Assembly: GCA_963770235.1 (NCBI GenBank)
Contig: CAVYOW010000003.1
Location: forward strand, 4,706-68,705
From: an uncultured Acidobacteriaceae bacterium
Lineage (GTDB): Bacteria; Acidobacteriota; Terriglobia; Terriglobales; Acidobacteriaceae
DNA length: 64,000 nt
Direction: 5' to 3'
The position numbers were made by a program, and so were the translations under genes. The notes below the pieces were generated by a model that worked only from the letters and a program-made list of their open reading frames with translations, had not been told where the DNA came from and searched no databases. The stretch's first letter is position 1. Every line of letters starts with the position of its first letter. Of this stretch, positions 10,313-19,754 are shown one piece after another.

Positions 10313-10537
10313 ATGACTGAGTTGGGTAAGTTGCTGGTTGGGCTGGGTGCGGTGATCGTGGTGGCCGGGATTGTGTTGATGCTGCTTGGGCGGACTAACT
10401 TGCCTTTGGGGCGGCTGCCGGGGGATTTTTTGTATCGCGGGAAGAATACTACGGTTTATTTTCCGCTGGCTACTTCGGTGGTGGTGAGTGTGGTGCTTTC
10501 GATTGTGCTGTATTTGGTTAGCCGGTGGCGGCGGTGA
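10313..10537 (+). CDS. DUF2905 family small membrane protein
   Basis: MTELGKLLVGLGAVIVVAG...LPGDFLYRGKNTTVYFPLATS is typical of DUF2905. ATG 10313 has GAGGA upstream; the ORF track starts at TTG 10307. Confidence 0.7.
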   Translation: MTELGKLLVGLGAVIVVAGIVLMLLGRTNLPLGRLPGDFLYRGKNTTVYFPLATSVVVSVVLSIVLYLVSRWRR

Positions 10538-10650
10538 GGCAGTGCGACCCCGTTACCCACGTAACCATTGGCGTTCCTGAGAAATATGCCAAAATCCTGA
10601 TCAGGATTTTGCGGGATCCCGCTCGCAAAATTCCGGGAGGGAGTTTCGCA

Positions 10651-10944
10651 ATGACTCGAAGGAGTTTGCTGATCGCACTGATGAGCGCCAGCGGCGCTTT
10701 GGCGGTGGCTGACGTTGCGCCAAAACCGCAAGACAAGCTTGCCCAGGCAAACGAGAATGTTAAACAACTGCTGCTTCTGCTGGACGCTGACCAGAATGGA
10801 AGGATATCGAAGAAGGAATGGATGGCCTTCATGGAAGCAGAGTTCAATAAACTGGATAAAGACGGGAACGGGGAGCTTGACCAGAAGGAGCTGATGCAGG
10901 CGAGGCTCTCGGTGCGGCAGGGGAGCGCTGCGAAGGCTAAGTAG
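10651..10944 (+). CDS. secreted EF-hand calcium-binding protein
   Basis: ATG 10651 follows GGGAGGGA. Signal peptide MTRRSLLIALMSASGALA, then two EF-hand loops, DADQNGRISKKE and DKDGNGELDQKE. Confidence 0.75.
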   Translation: MTRRSLLIALMSASGALAVADVAPKPQDKLAQANENVKQLLLLLDADQNGRISKKEWMAFMEAEFNKLDKDGNGELDQKELMQARLSVRQGSAAKAK

Positions 10945-11116
10945 TTCATTCCTGCCTGGTCGACGGGTGCCTACCTCGTCGCCATTGATACCGGTACCCC
11001 AGGGTCCTTCGCCCGGCTTAGTTGTTCACCCCTTACGCATGGGGGTTTCGCTTTGGAGAGCCATTCCCGGCCGTCTAACAGGCTGCTGTAAAACTCCTTT
11101 TGGCAACGGAAAGCTA

Positions 11117-11189
11117 ACCTCAGGCGCTAAAGCCCCGCTAATTTCAGAGAACTTTACGGCACGACTGAACGTCGTGCCCTTCCCGAGAC
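11117..11189 (+). repeat. REP-C copy
   Basis: CCTCAGGCGCTAAAGCCCC ... GGCACGAC-TGAAC-GTCGTGCC hairpin. Confidence 0.6.
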
Positions 11190-11238
11190 TTGCCCAAGGC
11201 GAAGGTTTTTCGGCAGCCTGCTAAACTGCACTCGACGT

Positions 11239-12685
11239 ATGTCGCTCACCGATCAGCTCGGATTTCGGTTCGCTCCGCCGGAGCGGCGGGTTTGGACGGT
11301 TCGTGCTTTGGTGGCGGCGGTGCGGACGCTTGTGGAGCGGGAGTATTCCGATGCGTGGGTGGAGGGGGAGATTTCGAATTTTCGGGCGCCGGATTCGGGG
11401 CATCTTTATTTCACGCTGAAGGATGGGGACGCGCAGATTCGGGTGGTGATGTTCAGTTCGAAGGCGCGGCTGCTGCGGTTTCGTCCTGGCGGACGGGATG
11501 CAGGTGGTGGTGCGGGGGCGGGTGACGATTTATGAAGATCGCGGGGAGTTGCAGATTGCGGCAGAGTATATCGAGCCGAAGGGTGCGGGAGGATTGCAGG
11601 TTGCGTTTGAGCAGTTGAAGGCGAAGCTGGAGGCGGAAGGATTGTTTGCGGCGGAGCGGAAAAAAGCGATTCCGACTTTGCCGGGGCGGATTGGGATTGT
11701 GACTTCGCCGCAGGCGGCGGCGCTGCGGGACATCCTGAATATTCTGCAGAGACGGCATCACACGGTGAATGCGGTGATTTATCCGGCGCAGGTGCAGGGG
11801 GATTTCGCGGCTGCGGAGGTCGCGGCTGGGGTGCGGTATTTCAATGAAATCCGCAACGACGAGAGCCGAAGCGTGGAAGTGATTATTGTGGGGCGCGGCG
11901 GAGGGTCGGCGGAGGACCTGGCGGCGTTCAACGATGAAGGGTTGGCGCGGGCGGTGGCGGCTTCGGAGATTCCGGTGATTTCGGCGGTGGGGCACGAGAC
12001 CGACTTCACGATTGTGGATTTTGTGGCGGACTTGCGGGCGGCCACGCCTTCGGCGGCGGCGGAGTTGGTGATCCGGTCGCGGGTGGAAATTGAGAATCAG
12101 GCAGAGACGGTGCGGGAGCGGCTGGTGCGGGCGATGGAGCGGCAACTGCTGGAGGCGCGGCATGCGCTGATGGAGCGGGCACAGCATGGGGCGTTTGCGC
12201 GCATGATGGACTTGATCCGGCAGCGGCAGCAGAAGCTGGATGATTTGACTTACCGGCTGGAGCGGGGCGAGCGGGCGGCGCTGGAACTGATGCGGCGGCG
12301 TTGGGAGACGCTGGCGGCAGCGGTGCGGCATTACGATTTGCGGCGGGTGCTGGCCGGAATTCGTGGGAGCTTGGACGCCGGGACTGCGGCTTTGGCGGCG
12401 GCGATGCGGAATCAGCTTTTGCAGAATAAGGTCCGCATTGAGCGGATGGGCCGGGCGCTGGAGACGCTTTCTCCTTTGGCGATTCTGGAGCGCGGGTATG
12501 CTTTGGTGTTTGATGGTGCGGGACAGTTGGTGAAGGATGCTGGGCTGGTGAAGGCGGGGGAGGAGATTCGGGCGCGGGTGGCGCGGGGAGAGATTCGGGC
12601 GGTGGTGAAGAAGGCGAGAGATACTGGAGGGCGCCGGCCAACAGCGGGTCCCTCGACTCCGCAAGATCATTCAAAAAGCGAATGA
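11239..12685 (+). CDS. xseA: exodeoxyribonuclease VII large subunit, one frameshift near 11489 as sequenced
   Basis: OB-fold N-terminus [24 protein letters not shown] (ORF 11239-11535) continues as [20 protein letters not shown]...[10 protein letters not shown]...GHETD in ORF 11498-12685. An extra G in CCTGGCGG explains the shift. Confidence 0.9.
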
Positions 12686-12827
12686 TCTTGCTCCGCTCGG
12701 GATGACAGGTGGGTAATGGGGTCCCGCGCTAGGGCACCATTACCTGACAGGTGCAGGATCGGATCACAGCAGTGAATTAGAATGTTGGGTTCTGACGGTT
12801 GAAATTCTGTAGCGGAGAAATCCGACT

Positions 12828-13717
12828 ATGCATATGACGGCGCCATGGTCGAGAGTGTCGTTTACGGTGCTCGACATTCTGCTGGTGGCGTTGATCATCT
12901 ACGAAGTGTTGGTGATGATCCGGGGGACGCGGGCGGCGCCGATGCTGGCGGGGCTGGCGGCGGTGGCGGCGGCGTTTCTATCTGGCGCGAATTGGCGAAT
13001 TGGTTACGTTGAACTGGCTGGTCAGCCATTTGCTGCCCTATGTGGTGTTTGCGTTGATTGTGGTGTTTCAGTCGGAGATCCGGCATGTGTTGTCGGATGT
13101 GGGGCGGCGGGTCAGCTTTTTGCGCGGGCCGGCGGTGGAGGGGGATTCGTATGACGACATTGTGCTGGCGGCGAATTTATTTTCGCAGCATCAGACCGGC
13201 GCTTTGATTGTGATTGAGCGCGAGATTGGGTTGCGGACTTATGTAGAGAGCGGCGTGGCGATGGACGCGCGGCTTTCCTACGATCTGCTGGCCACGATTT
13301 TCCGGCCGAGCGCGCCGCTGCACGATGGAGCGGTGATCATCCAGAAAGGACCGGTTGGCGGCGGCGGCGTGTTTTTTGCCGCTGTCGATGAATCCGGTGC
13401 TGTCGACGCAGATGGGGACGCGGCATCGGGCGGGCATCGGCATCACGGAGGAGACGGACGCGATCGCAGTGATAGTTTCGGAAGAAACGGGCGCGATCAG
13501 CATGGCGGTGGGGGGAAAGATTGAACGGGATTTGACGGTGGAACAATTGCGCGAGCGGCTGAGCAGCGAGCTGCGGCGGTATATGTCGCCGGTGGCGTTG
13601 CCGACGGTTGGGCCAGCGGAGGATGAGCCGGATGGGGGTGAGGGATCGCCGCTGCGGGCGGGCGCGCAGATGAGTGCTGACGAGGAGTCTGCGCCGGAAA
13701 CGGAGCGCCCGCTATGA
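12828..13717 (+). CDS. cdaA: diadenylate cyclase CdaA, two frameshifts (~12976, ~13348) as sequenced
   Basis: N-terminal TM helices (12828 frame). The DAC domain LHDGAVII (13000 frame) continues as RHRAGIGITEETDAIAVIVSEETG (13355 frame). Each break is repaired by deleting one base of a short homopolymer. Confidence 0.88.
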
Positions 13718-14394
13718 TGAGTTTTTTGCGGCGATGGGTGCTGCACAACTTCTGGCTGAAGGTTTTGTCGCTGGTGCTGGCGACGGGACTGTGGCTGGCG
13801 ATAGCGCCGGATCAGGAACCGGCGGAAGTGGCGGTGCGGGTGCCGATTGAGTTTCAGCATGTGCCGGCGCAGCTGGAGATCAGCTCGATGACGATACCCG
13901 ATGCACAGATCCGGGTGCGCGGGCCGGAGCGGTTGATCCGGGAATTGCGCTCCGGGGACATCCACGCCGAACTTGAGTTGGGAGACGCCAAGCCGGGGGA
14001 GCGGACATTCGATCTGACGGCACAGCAGGTTCGCCACCAGCGGGATTTGACGGTGGTGCAAGTGGTGCCGGGGCAGGTGCATCTCAGCTTTGATACGCGG
14101 CTGACGCGGGATGTGAAGATTCGTCCGCGGGTGACCGTGAACCTTGCGGCAGGGGAACAGATCGGCAAGATGCTGGTGGATCCGGATAGCATCACGATCA
14201 CGGGGCCGAGGAATCACGTGGAGGCGGTCGATGCGGCGACGACTGATCCGGTGGATGCTTCGGGAACGCGGACGCAGGCGACGTTCGTGACCAATGTGTA
14301 CGTTCCGGACGCGCTGGTGCAGGTGGTTCAGCCGACGCCGGTGCGAGTAACGGTGATCATGGAAAAGAGTGTGCCTGCGGAGAGCGGGCATTGA
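13714..14394 (+). CDS. cdaR: YbbR-domain protein (CdaR-like regulator of CdaA)
   Basis: N-terminal TM segment plus YbbR-like repeats. The start overlaps the cdaA stop (ATGATGA), and the gene sits in conserved cdaA-cdaR-glmM order. Confidence 0.75.
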   Translation: MMSFLRRWVLHNFWLKVLSLVLATGLWLAIAPDQEPAEVAVRVPIEFQHVPAQLEISSMTIPDAQIRVRGPERLIRELRSGDIHAELELGDAKPGERTFDLTAQQVRHQRDLTVVQVVPGQVHLSFDTRLTRDVKIRPRVTVNLAAGEQIGKMLVDPDSITITGPRNHVEAVDAATTDPVDASGTRTQATFVTNVYVPDALVQVVQPTPVRVTVIMEKSVPAESGH

Positions 14395-14436
14395 GCTTGC
14401 ATGGGGCCATCTCGAGAGGGGTTGGGCGGGAGCGCG

Positions 14437-14510
14437 GACCTCAGGGGCTGAGGCCCAAATCGAAACCGCTGCCTTGAATGCGGACCTGCAAGGCTTGCTC
14501 CACCCGCCTC
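14437..14510 (+). repeat. REP-C-like copy
   Basis: The CCTCAGGGGCTGAGGCCC 5' module is shared with the other REP-C copies; the 3' part diverges. Confidence 0.4.
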
Positions 14511-14590
14511 GTAGTTCTTATTTATCATCTATCATCTGCTAAGGCATTTCAGGTGCGACATCCGGCTCTTTTTGTGAACCCGCACAGTCT

Positions 14591-15970
14591 ATGAGCACTC
14601 AGATCAGACAATTGTTTGGAACCGACGGGATACGCGGCGTGGCCGGGGAATTCCCGCTGACAGCGGAGAGTACTTATCTGATCGGGCGGGCGCTGGGACA
14701 CGATCTGATCCGCGGGACGCGAAGGGCGCTGGCGGTGATGGGGCAGGACACGCGGGAATCGAGCGGGTGGATTGCGGACCGCGTGGCGGCGGGGCTGGCG
14801 TCGGTGGGTGTGGAGGTGCACAGCGCGGGCGTGATCACGACGCCCGGAGTTGCGTACCTGGCTCGGGCGCGGGGGCTTGCGGCGGGAGTGGTGATCTCGG
14901 CTTCGCATAATCCGTGGACGGATAACGGGATCAAAGTTTTTTCCGGGGATGGATTCAAGCTGACGGATGCGCGGGAGCTGGCGATTGAAAAAGAAATCTT
15001 CGAGCTGCTGGCGAAACCGGGGGCGCTGGACGATACCGCGCTGAGAGTTGCCGGGCCATCTTTGCCGGGAGAAGCGGAGCTGCGGAAGGCTTACATTGAG
15101 TGGCTGGCGGGGAGTGTGTCGTCTGACCTGAGTGGGTTAAGGGTGCTGGTGGACTGCGCGAATGGGGCGGCTACGGCTGAGGCTCCGGAATTGTTTCGCG
15201 GCTTGGGAGTGCGGGCGACATTTATTCATGTGACGCCGGATGGGAAAAATATTAATGAGGAGTGCGGGGCGCTGCATCCTGAGACCTTGGGTGGGACCGT
15301 GGCCGGGTCGGGAGGGAAGTTTGATCTGGGCGTGACGTTTGACGGGGATGCTGATCGGGCCTTGTTTTGCGATGACGCGGGCCACGTGGTGAACGGGGAT
15401 GGAGTGCTGCTGCTTACGGCGCGGGATTTGCAGGCACGCGGGAAATTGAACGGATCGACGGTTGTGGCTACGACGATGTCGAATATGGGAGTTGAGATTG
15501 CTCTGAAGAAGGCGGGCATTCGCACGTTGCGGGCGAATGTTGGCGATAAGTATGTTCTGGAAGAGATGCTTAGGACTGGCGCTACCTTGGGCGGGGAGCA
15601 ATCGGGACATATTATTTTTCGCGATGGCGACGCTACTACTGGCGACGGTCTGCTGACTGCCTTGCGGGTGATGGATGTGATTGTGCGTTCGCGGAAGACA
15701 CTCGCTGAGCTGGTTGGCGATTTGAAAGTTTTTCCGCAGAAGATTCAGAATGTGCGAGTGCGGGAGAAGATTCCGTTTGCTGACGTGCCTGAGGTGCAGC
15801 GGGCGATTGAGGCGGCTGAGCGCGAGTTGGGTGGGAATGGGCGGGTCGTGGTGCGGTATTCGGGGACTGAGGCTTTGGCTCGGGTGATGGTGGAGGCGGA
15901 GTCGGAGGAGCGGATGCTGGCGCTTACTGCGGGGATTGCGGGGGAGATTCAGAAGGCCTTGGGGGTTTAA
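14591..15970 (+). CDS. glmM: phosphoglucosamine mutase
   Basis: Intact 459-aa ORF with GTDGIRG, active-site SASHNPWTDNGIK and GEQSGHIIF. Confidence 0.95.
   Translation: MSTQIRQLFGTDGIRGVAGEFPLTAESTYLIGRALGHDLIRGTRRALAVMGQDTRESSGWIADRVAAGLASVGVEVHSAGVITTPGVAYLARARGLAAGVVISASHNPWTDNGIKVFSGDGFKLTDARELAIEKEIFELLAKPGALDDTALRVAGPSLPGEAELRKAYIEWLAGSVSSDLSGLRVLVDCANGAATAEAPELFRGLGVRATFIHVTPDGKNINEECGALHPETLGGTVAGSGGKFDLGVTFDGDADRALFCDDAGHVVNGDGVLLLTARDLQARGKLNGSTVVATTMSNMGVEIALKKAGIRTLRANVGDKYVLEEMLRTGATLGGEQSGHIIFRDGDATTGDGLLTALRVMDVIVRSRKTLAELVGDLKVFPQKIQNVRVREKIPFADVPEVQRAIEAAERELGGNGRVVVRYSGTEALARVMVEAESEERMLALTAGIAGEIQKALGV
15877..15970 (+). repeat. direct repeat copy 1 (the last 94 nt of glmM including the TAA stop)
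   Basis: 90/94 identical to 16656-16749. Confidence 0.95.
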
Positions 15971-15977
15971 GGAAGGC

Positions 15978-16310
15978 TCACTCAAAAATGGGCGATGTCC
16001 TCGCCAGTACCTCTTCCATGATTGCGTCTGGAATGCTTTCCAGCTTCCGACCGCCGCGCGCGGCGAGATCGAGAGCGCGGGGCTGGTCGCAGCGGATAAT
16101 CCCTGTCGTTTTGAGTCCGGCTCCCGTCAAGGGCACGGCGAAACCAGCCACGCGCGCGAAATTACCGCCGCTCGTAATGGGCAGAACTACGGGGACTTTG
16201 GTGACTCGGTTGAAAGCGTCCGGGGAAACGATCAACACCGGGCGGCGGCCCCTTTGCTCGTGGCCCGAGGTGGGATCGAGACTTACGAGCCAGATTTCGC
16301 CGCGCTTCAT
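15978..16310 (-). CDS. mazF: MazF/PemK-family endoribonuclease toxin
   Basis: MKRGEIWLVSLDPTSGHEQRGRRPVLIVSPDAFN...VVLPITSGG...CDQPRALD is a typical MazF/ChpB fold signature. Confidence 0.9.
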   Translation of the reverse strand: MKRGEIWLVSLDPTSGHEQRGRRPVLIVSPDAFNRVTKVPVVLPITSGGNFARVAGFAVPLTGAGLKTTGIIRCDQPRALDLAARGGRKLESIPDAIMEEVLARTSPIFE

Positions 16311-16344
16311 TACTGGTTCCCCGCTCGTTCCATCCTGCGTTCCG

Positions 16345-16602
16345 TCAGATGAGTTCTCCGCCGACGGGCTTGCTATTGAGCCATTCTCGTTGTTGTTTCG
16401 GGCGACGCGCCTTGGGGTCGCACTGGGCCAGCAGTTCGTTCAGGGTATAGCGTGGGCGCTGCCTTGGCTCCACGACGAGACGGCCGCTCTCAACTGCGAT
16501 GCCGACCCGGGCGCCGGGCTGCAGTTGCAGGACGTCGAGCAGCGCGGGCGGGACGGCCAGCATGACCGAGCCGCCGACTTTCCGCAGGTTGGTGGTGTGC
16601 AT
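16345..16602 (-). CDS. mazE: MazE/ChpS-family antitoxin (SpoVT/AbrB domain)
   Basis: TTNLRKVGGSVMLAVPPALLDVLQLQPGARVGIAVESGRLVVEP. AAGGAG lies 9 nt upstream of the ATG. The TTATA-N6-TATAA palindrome at 16620-16635 overlaps -10-like hexamers. Confidence 0.85.
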   Translation of the reverse strand: MHTTNLRKVGGSVMLAVPPALLDVLQLQPGARVGIAVESGRLVVEPRQRPRYTLNELLAQCDPKARRPKQQREWLNSKPVGGELI

Positions 16603-16655
16603 TGGGGTTCTCTCCTTAGTTATATTCTAGTATAACATGGGCACCGGATGACTAT

Positions 16656-16749
16656 GGCTCGGGTTATGGTGGAGGCGGAGTCGGAGGAGCGGATGCTGGC
16701 GCTTACGGCGGGGATTGCGGGGGAGATTCAGAAGGCCTTGGGGATTTAG
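16656..16749 (+). repeat. direct repeat copy 2 (orphan copy of the glmM 3' end, ending in TAG)
   Basis: Would encode ..ARVMVEAESEERMLALTAGIAGEIQKALGI*, but has no upstream gene body. Confidence 0.95.
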
Positions 16750-16806
16750 GCGCTGCAACGCCTCGCTGCGCTTGGCTGGACAGCCGAGGCGGCTGTCCCC
16801 ACATGA
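16749..16806 (+). repeat. REP-B copy
   Basis: GGCGCTGCAACGCCTCGCTGCGCTTGGCTGGACAGCCGAGGCGGCTGTCCCCACATGA, immediately 3' of polA. Confidence 0.8.
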
Positions 16807-16818
16807 CCTTGCTGCACG

Positions 16819-19614
16819 CTAGTCCAGATCTCTCCAGTTCGGGCCTACTTCCATTTCTACTAGCAGCGGGACCGCTAGGGCGTGAACGTTTTCCATTTGC
16901 TCACGCACTAACGACTGCATGGTTTCCACTTCTTTTTCGGGGACTTCGAAGACTAGTTCGTCGTGGACTTGCAGGGTCATCCTTGATTTCAGTTTCTGCT
17001 CTTGCAGAGATGCGTCGATTCGGATCATGGCTACTTTGATCAGGTCCGCTGCCGTGCCTTGCAACGGAGTGTTTACGGCGGTGCGCTCGGCGAAGCCGCG
17101 TTGGGTGAAGTTTTTGCTGTTGATGTCGGGGATGGGGCGGATGCGGCCGTGGAGAGTCCTTACTTTCAGATCGCGGCGGGCTTCTTCGAGCGTTTTGTCG
17201 ATGAAGGTACGGACGCCTTTGTATTTTTCGAAATAGTTTGCGATGAAGAGTTTGGCTTCGGCGGGCTCGATGCCTAGATTCTGCGAGAGGCCGAAGGCGG
17301 AGAGGCCGTAGACTATGCCGAAATTTACTACTTTGGCCTGGCGGCGGTGGTCGGGCGTGACCATTAGCGCCGGGACTCCGAAGACTTGGGAGGCGGTCAG
17401 AGTATGGATGTCGTCGCCGCGGCGGAAGGCTTCCACCAGGAGTGGATCGCTTGAGAAGTGGGCCAGCAGGCGGAGTTCGATCTGCGAGTAGTCGGCGGTT
17501 AGGAGAACGTGGCCGGGTTCGGCGATGAAGGCGGCGCGGATGCCGCGACCCAGTTCGGTGCGGACGGGAATGTTTTGCAGGTTCGGATTGGCGGAGGAGA
17601 GGCGGCCCGTTGCTGTGCCTGCTTGGTAGAAGGTGGTGTGCAGGCGTCCGGTGGAGGGGTTGATCAGCGCGGGTAGAGTGTCGACGTAGGTGGACTTCAG
17701 CTTGGTTAGCTGGCGGTAGTCGAGAACTTTTCTGGCGATGGGATGTTCTTCCGCCAGAGCTTCGAGGACGTCTACGGCGGTTGAGATGGTGCGTCCCTTG
17801 CCGTATTTCACGGGCTTGGGAAGATTCAGGCGGTTGAAAAGGATGTCGCCGAGTTGCTTGGGAGAACCGATGTTGAATTCGGTTCCGGCGAGCTCGTGAA
17901 TGTTCCTGGCTTGAATTGCGATCTCGCGTTCGAGTTCGGTCGACATTTTCGCAAGCGCGGCGGTGTCGATTTTTACTCCGGCCTGTTCCATGCGGGCTAG
18001 AACTGGGACTAGCGGTAGATCTATTTCTTCGTAGAGCTTGGTTAGTCCTGCCTGTTTTACGTCTTCTCGCAGCGCCGTTGTCAGCCTGCCGGTCAGGTCG
18101 GCGGCTTCGGCTAGATCGCCGCTTATCTTTAGATTGAAACGGCGGAGGGCTACGTCCGCGAGGCGATGGGAGGAATAGGTGGGATCTAACAGGTAGGAGT
18201 AGAGCATGGGATCGTGCTGTACACCTTGCAGATGGATGCCTTGGGAGTCCAGCGCGTGGATTGCGGCTTTGTAATCGTGAATTGCTTTGGATGTGGCTGC
18301 GGTGGTCAGAATTGAACGAAGGGTTGTCGCGGCGCTCGCCGGAGTCCAGCTTCACAATTAGGGCGGAACCTGCGGCCGAGGAGATGGCGATGCGGCGGGC
18401 GGCGGGCTCGGGCGTAGGCGCTGGGGACGATGCATCGGTGAGTGCGAGCATTCCGGACTGCAGGACTTCTTCGATGACTTCTTCGTCACTTTCTGGAGGC
18501 GACTTCTGTCTCTTCCAATTCCACGGCGATGGCTAGGGCGGCCTCCGTCATGACGGAGTTGAGGACGCTCTCTACATCTGCGGCGGATTGGGCTTCGCTG
18601 TAATGGGCTTCGGTGACCTGAGCTTCGGGCAATAGTTCTTTCAGCAACGATGTGAATTCCAGTTCGGTGAACAGCTGGCGGAGTAGATCGAGATCGGGAT
18701 TGCCGGCGCGCATGGCTTCGACATTCAGCTCGACGGGGACGTTGGTGTCGATCGTCGCCATGCTTTTGCTGAAGAGGATGGTGTCGCGATTGTTCTGGAG
18801 GGATTCGCGGTAGGTTTTCTTTTCTACTTCGTTGGCGCGGTCGAGAGCCTGCTCGACGGTTCCGAAGCGCTTGATGATTTCGACTGAGCCCTTGTCGCCG
18901 ATGCCGGGGGCTCCGGGGATGTTGTCGACCGAGTCTCCGCGGAGGGCCATGATGTCGACTACGCGTTCGGGTGGGACTCCGAGAATTTCTTCGACTTTGG
19001 CGGCGTCGCAGATGAGATTGTCTTTGGGGGGATTCAGGATGTGAACATCGTCATTGACGAGTTGCATCATGTCTTTGTCGCTGGAGACTACGTAGACGGG
19101 ATGCCTTGGCGGCGGCGGCTTTGCGGGCCAGGGTGCCGATTACGTCATCGGCTTCGAAGCCGGCTAGCTCGAGGATGGGGATGCGATAGGCTTCGAGGGC
19201 GCGGCGGATGTAGGGAATCTGCTGGGCGAGGTCCTCGGGCATGGCGGCGCGGTTGGCTTTGTAGCCTTTGTATTCGACCTCGGTGAAGGTTTGAGTTTTG
19301 ATATCGAACTTGCGGATGGTGGTGATGGCTTCGGCTTGCGTCGCGCGGTGAGTCTTGGCGGCTACGTCGAAGACAGCGGCTAGATAGTTGGGGGAGAAGT
19401 CGTCACGCAGTTTGCGGAGCATGTTGACGAAGACATAGATGGCGGCGGTGGGGAGCCCGGATTTCGTGGACATGGAGCGCTGGCGGGCCATGGCGTGGTA
19501 GGCGCGGAAGATGAACGACATGGTGTCGATGAGGAAGATGCGGTCTTCGGCGTCCGGCGCTCGGGGAGGCGTGGGTTGGGATTCGGGTTGCCGGGACTTT
19601 GTTGGCGGGGACAA
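16819..19614 (-). CDS. polA: DNA polymerase I, three frameshifts (~19075, ~18490, ~18320) as sequenced
   Basis: 5'-nuclease domain in ORFs 19051-19614 and 18486-19070 (SSDKDMMQLV, GIGDKGS). The exo-like linker is in the 18451 frame. The polymerase domain is in ORF 16819-18207 (DYSQIELR, QVHDELVFE). Each break equals a one-base insertion. Confidence 0.93.
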
Positions 19615-19660
19615 GGCAGTAGTTTAGCAGCCGGAGTGGGTACGGAAGGCCGTCATCTGA

Positions 19661-19745
19661 GGCGCTGCCACACGCTCTCGCTGCGCTCGGCTGGACCCTT
19701 CGGCTCCGCTGAGGGCAGGCAGCCGAGGCGACTGTCCCCACATGA
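19661..19745 (+). repeat. REP-B copy (with a ~25-nt internal insertion)
   Basis: GGCGCTGCCACACGCTCTCGCTGCGCTCGGCTGGAC...GGCAGCCGAGGCGACTGTCCCCACATGA, immediately 5' of polA. Confidence 0.8.
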
Positions 19746-19754
19746 GCAAGGGAG

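Larger units (their letters stand above)
15971..16655. mobile_element. 685-bp mazEF cassette bounded by the duplicated glmM 3' end (putative integrated or relic mobile module)
   Basis: It contains only mazF and mazE plus their own SD and promoter-like region. It is flanked by 94-bp direct repeats. No integrase or transposase is present. Confidence 0.5.

Noticed and set aside
11453-12670. Very long ORFs antisense to, or out of frame with, recognised genes. Examples: 3787-4884(-), 11453-12670(-), 13177-14391(-), 16901-18451(-), 22386-23555(-), 29583-31025(-), 37886-39016(+), 44924-46117(-), 52365-53522(-), 54372-55853(+), 58905-60272(-), 62841-63929(+).
   Set aside because: These are typical high-GC shadow ORFs. 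Their translations are Arg/Pro/His/Gly-rich low-complexity sequence with no family motifs, and each overlaps a gene with unmistakable conserved motifs.
3805-19614. Programmed ribosomal frameshifting or transcriptional slippage as the explanation for the split genes.
   Set aside because: There are too many breaks (about 30) in unrelated genes. I saw no shared slippery heptamer or downstream stimulatory structure at the junctions I examined, and none of these families is known to use recoding.
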